In this document: positions 55,328 to 64,000 of the stretch, piece by piece
Position numbering within the stretch: position 1 is the stretch's first letter
Layout: each line of letters begins with the position of its first letter
The notes under the pieces: generated by a model
What the model saw: only the letters and a program-made list of their open reading frames with translations
The model's database searches: none
Told to the model about the DNA's origin: nothing
Made by a program: the position numbers and the translations under genes
NCBI GenBank assembly: GCA_964016885.1
Contig: OZ024751.1
Span: 51,398,001 to 51,462,000, forward strand
Source: Eledone cirrhosa
Taxonomy: Eukaryota
DNA length: 64,000 nt
Direction: 5' to 3'

Positions 55328-55556
55328 ATAACTCTTTAGTATTTAAACCGGCCGTATCCGGCCAGAATTCTCTCACTTCTTTCTGTGCAAACTGGCTGTA
55401 ACCTGCCACTCATAATGATATTAAGGTATTGTTCTCAAAATAAATAATATCAAAATCTCGTAGATTCAATATCATGTGAGATAATTATATGAGGTAAAGT
55501 GTTTATCGTGAAAATACAATAGTATATATAGAGTAATGGAAATGCTAAAGGGTTAA
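55328..55556 (+). mobile_element. piggyBac-type MITE copy
   Basis: ataactctttagtatttaaaccggcc...aatgctaaagggttaa. Confidence 0.82.
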
Positions 55557-56024
55557 AACGTTTGTTGTGCATCATTTGGGTATTCTCTGTGTGTACATAA
55601 TATAATGGCATCAAAGTGTTATCGACCATCAAACAGGGAAATAAGAAACTTCTAATGTATGAAAAATATACTAAGAAGAGAGAAGAAAACTGGTTTGATA
55701 TTGTTATTGAAGCTTTATGTGATTCTTTTTTATTGGTGTGTCATGCCGAACACTATCTGTGAGAAACATTGCCATGAAAAAAACAATGTATCAAGTTAGA
55801 GTTGGGATTAACCCTAACAAGTAATGCATTCTGTAGAGTTATATATTCATCAGCATTCAATTGATACTCCACTGGTACTTTAAAGTGTCACACACACATA
55901 TATAAAATAGGTCTTGGTGAGTTATTGATGGCATCTAAAAGACATACCTATTTTACCATTTAATGTCTGTAAAAAGTAATAAGAATGCAAATAATCATTT
56001 ACATGTGTGTGTGTGAGTATGTGT

Positions 56025-56250
56025 GTAAAAAGTGAACAGAAATAACAAAGCAAACGACAGGACAATGGAGAAATATATTAGTTTAACACTTGAAATAATA
56101 GGAAAACAGTTTTAACGTTTCAGACACTAGTCCTTCATCAGAAAATAGAATGAGAAATAAAAGATGAAATAAAGGGATAGAGAGTGAAAAGAGGAAGGAA
56201 ACGGGAAAAAATGAGAAGAAAAAAAAACAAATGCGCATTCAGTCAGCCAT
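56025..56250 (-). mobile_element. HHR family 2 element with the best-preserved core (56110-56145)
   Basis: Minus strand tttt CTGATGAA GGAC-tagt-GTCT GAAAC GTT aaaa; palindromic ACGT at stem III. Confidence 0.75.
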
Positions 56251-56494
56251 TATTTGACAATATTGGAGTGACCTATTGATTATTGAATGATTACAAAGAT
56301 ACAGTCTTTGAATGAGATGTATATATAAACCAGTAACTCCTGGTTTTAAATACCCAACACATACAGCATGGCTCAAGAACTTAAAACCTGTTGGAGTCCA
56401 CCCCTCTCTAGGTCTAATTGCAGCCAATTTCTTCCTGACGAGGAGAGATAGAAAGTGATAGGGAAGGGGTGTCAAAGTGATATGGAAGAAGAAT

Positions 56495-56630
56495 CGGCCC
56501 CAGTACTTGACATGTTTTTTTAACGATCTCGAAAAAAAAAAACGAAAGGAAAAGTTGACCTCAGTGCAGAAAGCCTGAATATATAACACAAAACATTCTA
56601 TCCGATGTTCTAACGACTTTACAATTTTCC
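56495..56630 (-). mobile_element. Diverged SINE family A-related copy
   Basis: aaagttgacctcagtg...aaaacattctatccgatgttctaacg. Confidence 0.5.
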
Positions 56631-57419
56631 ACCTTTTATACAAGATGAGAGGGAGTAAATGCTGACAGATTTCCCAAAAATGTATTTATAAGTGCTGATT
56701 TGATATGTTAAGTCGCCCAGGGATGCCTTGTTGTAATCGATAACTTGGTTACCCAGTACACAATAGATACATCGTCTTACTAATAGGAGCATTTTGGCTT
56801 AGAAAAGTATAAGAACTCACCAGAACTAAAGAACGAAAGCCGGTTTGAAATATCAAAAGATTGAGAATTTGTACTCATAAATGTCTTCATCAACCAATTT
56901 CTTCAATATAGAAGAATGTTGTTGTTATTTGGAAGAATTGAAGACTATACATAACGTAATTCGTTTTCAAATACGAAAACAGATAATTGTAGATGAAGAA
57001 ATTATAAAGCTCAGAAATACGAGATTCATTACAATAAACCGTACATAAGGCTACATACAATTTTATAGAAAGGTATGAAATCCTCATTTGAGCGATTATG
57101 AATTCATGTAAAGCAAGAAATACTTTGAAAATTAAAAACAAATACTGCTAACTATATCATATTTTAATTTACATATGTTTCATCCTTCATATTAAGAGCT
57201 GTTCTGGCAGCCATTTTGTTAGTCAATGAGGAAGTCTTGTACTTTCAGTCGCTTCACGCCACGGAAACCGACAGAAGCACCGGTCTCTCGAGTCTTCGGG
57301 TTCGAGACAGACTTTAGACGTTTTAGAATGTTTAGGAAAGATTTAGAACGCAAGACAATTTTTAACCAAGGGAATTAAACGTGTGTAATTTTAACATTCA
57401 AGTGATGGGGAGAAAACAG

Positions 57420-57880
57420 ACGTTGACAAAATAGATTCTATAAAAGTACAGGCGTTAAAGGAAAATGACTTCTAGGAAAATGTAGATGTTAAATGATAAG
57501 GACTTCTATTTAAACATTAAAGGAAAATAGAAGGCAAGATTCTATCAACGTTCAGACGTTAAAGGAATATAAATTTTATATAAACGTAAACGTTAATTAT
57601 AGACGTTAAATGTGGACATCAAAGATTGACATCAAAGATCGAGATTAAAAGAGACTAGATACTATTAAAATGTATGTTAAAGATAGGCGTTAAAGATAAA
57701 TATTATAGAATCTATCAAATAGTATGCGTTAAAAGCGGATAGAATAGATTTTATCCAAGTGCAGACATTAAAGGAGTTCATAATAGAATTTATCAACGTG
57801 TTAAAGTTAAAGCGGAGATAGAATAGATTTTATTAAAATGTTAGCGATAAATGTTACTGTAAATGTTATCCGAGTGCATG
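57420..57880. repeat. Degenerate short-period tandem repeat (gacgttaaag / atagattctat), resuming at about 58415-58490
   Basis: Many spaced cgttaaa and cattaaa motifs. Confidence 0.6.
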
Positions 57881-57914
57881 CGTTAATGGGGAATTGGTTC
57901 TTATGAAACTGACG

Positions 57915-58190
57915 AAAAGGGAGGGCGAGATTCACTCTCCTGATCACGGCGTCCAGTTCGGCCATGTTGATGTGGTTAAAGCCCTGCTTCTGCCCGAGCC
58001 AGGCTGCGTCCTCGACCTCGAAGCCCCCTATTTCCAGAGTGACTCCTAACGTTATGCTGCTGGCATCACACCATATGGTTCCGTTCTCCGATCTCGTGAT
58101 GTACAAGCTTCCACTTACTAGATGATTCGCCTTTATCGTCTCCACAATCTCCCGCATCATGGCCACCGTCCTCTCTCCTACCCTGTCTCC
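57915..58190 (-). mobile_element. LTR-retrotransposon (Gypsy-like) RT-RNase H fragment
   Basis: GTIWCDASSITLGVTLEIGGFEVEDAAWL...NHINMAELDAVIRRVNLAL has the RNase H DAS and HIN..EL.A motifs; GC-rich island. Confidence 0.8.
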
Positions 58191-58529
58191 ACAAGTTATG
58201 AAAAAAAGGCATTAAATCCTTTCGTTATAATATTCGTTTAAAAATACACTTTTACGGTTTTCAATTAATTTTGAAAATAAGAATTTTAATGGATTTAGTA
58301 ATATAGCTAACTCTTATTATTATCAATATAGTGTTTGAAACAAAGGTTTTTACATAAAATTACGATGGAGGGCTTTTAGAAAATTTTTCATGTGGTTTGG
58401 TATCAGATTCCATTTAATGTGGACATTAAAGGAAGCTGGTTGTTATCAAGATGTAGATAAGGACAGACGTTAACCAAGAATAGAATTGATTAAAGTGTGT
58501 GTGTGTGTGTGTGTGTACTCATGGGTCCC

Positions 58530-59052
58530 AAATAATTGTTTCTACTTTTGGCACAAGGCCAGCAATTATCCCAGTGCATTACTCGTACTTTATTTTATCG
58601 ACCCTCGAGCCGTAAAGGGACGTAACTCTATGCTGCAAAGCATGGCGTTCCAAATAATAGGGAGGTGGAAGTAGTGGGGGATGGGTGGAAATCAATAATT
58701 TTTTTAGGTTGTATCGCTTGATTATTTTAAAACCAGAATTAGTCGTTTAGTTTACATGATAATAAAAATAATAATTGTTTCTACTTTTTGGCACAAGGCC
58801 AGCAATTACCCAGTGCATTACTGGTACTTTATTTTATCGACCCCGTAAGGATGAAAGGCAAAGTTATAATAATTGTTTCTACTTTAGGCACAAGGCCAGC
58901 AATTACCCAGTGCATTACTGGTACTTTATTTTATCGACCCCGTAAGGATGAAAGGCAAAGTCAACCTCGGCGGGATTTGAACTCAGATCGTAAAGGGACG
59001 TAACTATGCTGGAAAGCATGGCGTCCGACCCTCTACCGATACTGCCAATCCA
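58530..59052 (-). mobile_element. Cluster of three SINE family A copies (internally deleted, 3' fragment, full length at about 58870-59052)
   Basis: Three ataattgtttctacttt ends. Confidence 0.88.
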
Positions 59053-59819
59053 CATAACCGTGAACAGTACTCAGGTGCACTACAACTTATCAAAGGTGCA
59101 TGTATAGTACATACCCCACCCACACTATTTCATAATGTATGGGATTTCTTGTAATGTTCTTTTTTTTGTCATTTATGATATGTTTTTTTAATGTGTAAAG
59201 AATATTGTCACAGAAATGCTACCACTTAAAATAAAATTTCGCCAGAGATAGATTAGCAAAATTTAATAAGCAGGGTGTGGAATAAGAGCGCGGAGTGGTG
59301 GAGGAGGGTAGAGAAATCTGAAAAATTAATAAGTGTATGTGGGGGGGGGGGGGGGGCGATTATTCAAGAGTGTATATATATATATCGTTTCTACTTTTGA
59401 ACCATGGAAGCTTGTAGCTTGAAAGTCGACCTAACGCCTCCTCGGGTCATTCTGCATAACTGTGTAAATTTTCGCTGCATTCCACGAAGCCGTTTCGACG
59501 TTTATCCGACTACACATACAACGTCCGACCACTTCCAATTTATATAGTAGATATAGTGAGAGAGATTGAGAAGGATAGATAGATAGATGTATATATATGT
59601 ACATATCACATATGTGTGTGTGTGTGTAAATACGTACATACACATACACATGTACATACATACATGCCTATACATCGTTGATTTAACCAATAATTCATAA
59701 GAATATGTTGAATTAATATCAGAGACAGAAAGAGAGAGTAAGTTGTTGATGGAATAGAAAGAGGAGTTGTTAGATTGATAAATATATATAGATATATAAA
59801 GAAGGGGACAAAGATAAAT

Positions 59820-59874
<55 letters not shown>

Positions 59875-61134
59875 TTTCTTTATTTGCCACAGGGGCGTAC
59901 AAATATGGGACATTACAAGACATGACGGCGGAGGTTTTACATAAAAATAACTTTAACATTAATAAATAACAATAAACTATATATAATAAAATAACAATTT
60001 AAATCCCCAATAGGAAGGAACGTTACTGCAGGGTTGTTTTACACCCCATGGATAGAATAACTCTCAACACCAGGAACACGTTTTGTAGGTGTTCCTGTCT
60101 TCCCTCTGTTCATCTTCCCCAACCTACAGGTTTATATACAGAGAAGGCCCATTCATGCGAGCCATTTTCGCCACATTCACCCACCTTTCAGCGAATTTAC
60201 TGGGGTGTAGCACCCCTCCCTCCACTCTCACCTTCCTTCTGAAGTGATACTTAAAGAAGAGGATAATTTGTTGACCGGAGAGAAAGGTGTTTGCCCTCAG
60301 TCCTTTTAACCTCGTCCACCATATTACCCCTTTCGCCATAGCCAGCAGACAGAGGAAAACCGCCTCTCCTTCGTTCTTAAATGAAGGCGGCGGGGTGATC
60401 CTCACGATGGACTTGGCTGACAACTGGATGCGTCCCACACGTGACAGCAGCTGTTCGACATAATTCCACAGGTCGGTCACCCCTGGGCACTGAACAATTG
60501 TGTGCAGAACGGTTTCGATGTCCTGCTCGCATCTAGAGCAGGTCCTTTTGGCAGGATCTCTGCCAGGGCGTCCGTGCCTATAGATTTTGTCTCGAACTGG
60601 TAGAGCTCCTCGGTAGCACTGCCAGGCCAGAGACCTCTGGAAGTTATCCATAGGCTCTGGACGGAAAGTCCTCCCGAACAGACTGGTCAGTTTGTCCTCC
60701 TCGATGCCTAGAGTTTCCCCGAGAATGTCGTCACACTTATCCTCCACTAATCCCCTATAGAATGTTGAAGTGGAGTCTCCGCTGATTGCCGTTTCCACTT
60801 GGTAGAGGGCTGTGAGCGCCTGTAGGCACTCGAGGTACCAGGCACCCATTTTCGGTCTTCGCTTGACCCAGGACTGCAGCTCTGTTAGTGAGACGAGTTG
60901 TGGAAAAGCTTGTCTCACAAACGACAGCAACACCGGTTCACCGGTCAGGAATACCTTGAGATGGCGTAGCCTCAGTGCATGTTTGTGCATCATCAGCCAC
61001 GGCATGCCCAGCCCTCCGTTAGAAGGGTGTTGACAGCAGATAGATCTCCTCACCAATGGAGCCTGTTCCTTCCAGAGGAACTTGAAGAGTAGGCGTTCCA
61101 TTTTGGTAAGGTATTCGCGGGGGCAAGGCACAAC
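59875..61134 (-). mobile_element. 5'-truncated Tx1/L1-clade LINE: RT C-terminus with zf-RVT/CCHC, 3' UTR with AATAAA, in (GATA)n
   Basis: Uninterrupted frame 60124-61134: ERLLFKFLW...PSNGGLGMP...LAWQCYRGALPVRDKI...CSRCEQDIETVLHTIVQC...LW; (TAGA)n on both sides. Confidence 0.92.
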
Positions 61135-61172
<38 letters not shown>

Positions 61173-62024
61173 TTAGATAAGGAGAGCAAGCATTAGATAG
61201 ATATAGAGAGAGAGATAAGCTATTGATAGAGAGAGAGAGAGAGAGAGATGAATAGGGAGAGTATGTGTTAGATAGAGAGAGAGATAGTAATCTATAGATA
61301 GATGGATAGAGAGAGAGGGAGAGAGAGAATAAGCTATATATATAGAGAGAGAGAGAGAAGATAGAAAATAAAATGGGACAGAGTGAAGAAAAGAGAAAGT
61401 GATGAGAAAAGATGAAAGAAAGATGTAAAAGAGATGAAGAGGAAACGGATAAATGCAGAAACCTCAAAAGTTTAAATCTTTCTACTTCTTCTGTATTTTT
61501 ATATAAATTTATTGATTTGATCGTTACACTGCGGACATTCAGTAGTACAGAGTGATGTGAAATAGTTGAAGCCGCAATGGTAGATATTAAGACTATTAAA
61601 GGAATAGATGGATGAGAGAATGATAGAATGAGTGAATGAAGAGAATGAAAGAATAATAGAATTATAGAATAGTAGAATAAAAAGAGAAGTAATGAAAGAT
61701 TGAGAGGAAATGATGGATAAACATAAACACATACACATATAGAAAAGAAAACAAGATATTAATATAAATATCTTGTTTGTGGTGAAGAAGAAATTAATGA
61801 AGGAATGAAGAAGAGAAGTTTGGTGGGAAAGAAAAATGAAGAAATCGAATGAAGAAAAAGGAGAATAAAATGTGTGTGTGTGTATATATATATATGTATA
61901 TAAACACACATACAAACAGATATATATGCACATATACATATATACTGCAACACTGACTTAGACTCTTAAATATATATATATATATATATGCACATATATA
62001 TACACTACCCGCCCATCCCCTCAA

Positions 62025-62165
62025 TTTATCTAATTTCTCATTCTTTCTTCTGATGAAGGACTAGCATCCGAAACATTAAGACCCTCTACCTGTTATATCA
62101 AGCCTTAACCTAATATATCCCTTCCATATACTGTACTGATTGTGTTGTTATTTCTGTTTACCTTT

Positions 62166-62170
<5 letters not shown>
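62025..62170 (+). mobile_element. HHR family 2 element, 5'-truncated
   Basis: tctt CTGATGAAGGACTAGCATCCGAAACATT aaga...ttatttctgtttacc. Confidence 0.72.
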
Positions 62171-62199
<29 letters not shown>

Positions 62200-62242
62200 T
62201 TTATATATATATATATATTTAAGAGTCTAAGTCAGTGTTGCA

Positions 62243-62285
<43 letters not shown>

Positions 62286-62809
62286 ACTCTCCCATGAATT
62301 TCAGCGTATAAGGATTCAAACAACCTATTCATTTCATTCAGTTTGGATGTTCATATGAGGCATGACATTTTAGACCTGCCACAGATTGTTCAAGAGTGAG
62401 GTTTACTGGATAATATTGCTGGTATGTTTAATAAGGCTTTTCTCCTCCTTCTTGCTTCTTGTAGCCTATGGATACAACCAGAGATGAAATTCCTGATCCT
62501 ATTATGACACACAGATCTCCAGTTCTACTGCAAAGCCACATGCTCAAATGAACGTGAGGACCCGTCCAACCCATGCAACAGTGGAAAAAAGGACATAAAA
62601 ATGACGATGATATCATCATCGTTTAACGTCCATTTTCCACGCTAGCATGGGTCTTACCATTGTAAGGGGTCTGACGAGCCGTGGATTACAGAGTCGGGCT
62701 AGATCGATACAGATCGAACCTTGAGCTGATCAATGGCGTAACACCCATCACCAACCAATAAAAGTAATGAAGGAGTAACCAATAGTCCTTGTTTTATTTT
62801 ATTATTTTA

Positions 62810-63200
62810 TTTCATTTCATTTCATTTCATTTACGTCCACTTTTCCCTGCTTGCAAGGGTGGGACGGGAACTGATTCTGGCTTGATTTCTACAGTTGGAT
62901 GCCCTTCCTAACACCAACCTCATTTACAGTGAGTACTGGGTGCTTTTTTTTCCATGGCGCCTACACGTCCACTTTACAGTGTGCGCTGGGTGCTTTTTTG
63001 CCGTGGCACCTCTATGACCACTTTACAGTGGAATGATAGGGACCCCAGTCCCTATCATCTCATTTCTACAGCTGAGTAAACTGGAGCAATGTGAAATAAA
63101 GTGTCTTGCTCAAGGAAACAACACATCACCCGGCCCAAGAATTGAACTCACAACCTTTCGATTGCAAGGCCAATGCTCTAACCACTAAGCCATGTGTCTC
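62810..63200 (-). mobile_element. SINE family B, full length, with an internal duplication
   Basis: tttacagtg...ctgggtgcttttt segment present twice; (TTTCA)n tail. Confidence 0.9.
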
Positions 63201-63519
63201 TATATATATATATAACCTTGGGCCCTCTTAAAATCATAGGGGTGTGATCGAGACATACAACATGTCATAAGCATTATAAACCTGGTAGAACCTACCATTC
63301 TCCAGGTCTGTATACAGCTAATTTATTACAGAGAGAGAAAGAGAGGGCTGGAGGCTGGAGTGATGAAGAAGAATTTGTACAAATATTAGCTTGATACTTT
63401 ATTTAATGACAACCAAAAGTATAAAAAACAAAGTTCATGTCAGGAGTATTTGAACTCAGAACTAGAGCTAAAACTATCCAGCTTTCTAAAGACTGTCAAT
63501 TTCCCACTTTTACATATAT

Positions 63520-63590
63520 ATCGTCCCACCCTTGCAAGCAGGGAAAAGCGGACGTAAAATGATGATGATGATGACGATGATGATGATGAT
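63520..63590 (+). mobile_element. SINE B 3' tail fragment
   Basis: gtcccacccttgcaagcagggaaaagcggacgtaaaatgatgatg. Confidence 0.8.
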
Positions 63591-63614
63591 ATATATATAT
63601 ACACACACACATAC

Positions 63615-63645
<31 letters not shown>

Positions 63646-63811
63646 TACACACATATATATATATATATATATAAATTGGAATAAATGCTCTGAAATAGCG
63701 ATATATATGTGAATATAGACATAGAATATTCGAAAATATTCTGTATGTTTATAATAAACATTTTGAAGACCTAATCGCTATAGAATAGAATACGTCACGT
63801 ATTACAATTAG

Positions 63812-63900
63812 ATTCTCGATAAAAGCAAGGGAAGTAATCTACGCATTTCATTCTTGTTAGAAATCATCAGGACTACATATCCAGTGCTTTTATCGAGAAT
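63812..63900 (-). ncRNA. Type I hammerhead ribozyme with an extended stem I
   Basis: Minus strand: attctcgataaaagca-ctggatat-gtagtc CTGATGA tttct-aaca-agaat GAAA tgcg TA gattac-ttccct-tgcttttatcgagaat. Confidence 0.8.
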
Positions 63901-64000
63901 GACACAGCTAGAGACTTATAGAATACTTAGCTGTGTACAGGAACTGGTTTGAAAGAGCGGTTGCCGGTCCGGCAGAAATTAGAAATTGGAATAAATGCTC

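Noticed and set aside
56430-56470. CTGACGA...GAAA hammerhead-like match
   Set aside because: No stem II can form between the two core segments
61135-61467. N-terminal 110 aa of the 447-aa ORF
   Set aside because: Derived from GATA/GA simple repeats; LINE homology starts only at 61134

Overview
AT-rich, extremely microsatellite- and minisatellite-rich eukaryotic DNA. The (TA)n/(CA)n/(GAT)n load and the SINE types suggest a cephalopod (octopus-like) genome; this is inference, no database was searched. I could not support any host protein-coding exon, and nearly all ORF-track entries are simple-repeat translations. The recognisable content is mobile DNA: two tRNA-derived SINE families in many copies, RTE-clade LINE fragments (5' UTR, endonuclease, 3' ends), a 5'-truncated Tx1/L1-like LINE with an intact ORF sitting in (GATA)n, a mariner 5' fragment, an LTR-type RNase H fragment, Penelope-like RT remnants and TTAA-flanked piggyBac-type MITEs. 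The most notable signal is about a dozen intact or decayed minimal type I hammerhead ribozyme (HHR) motifs in several sequence families. Several sit in head-to-head palindromes inside (TA)n. One sits in an apparent 310-bp tandem unit at the right edge, resembling a retrozyme or Penelope pLTR system. There is also a 1.1-kb foldback element carrying a GC-rich core of unknown origin.
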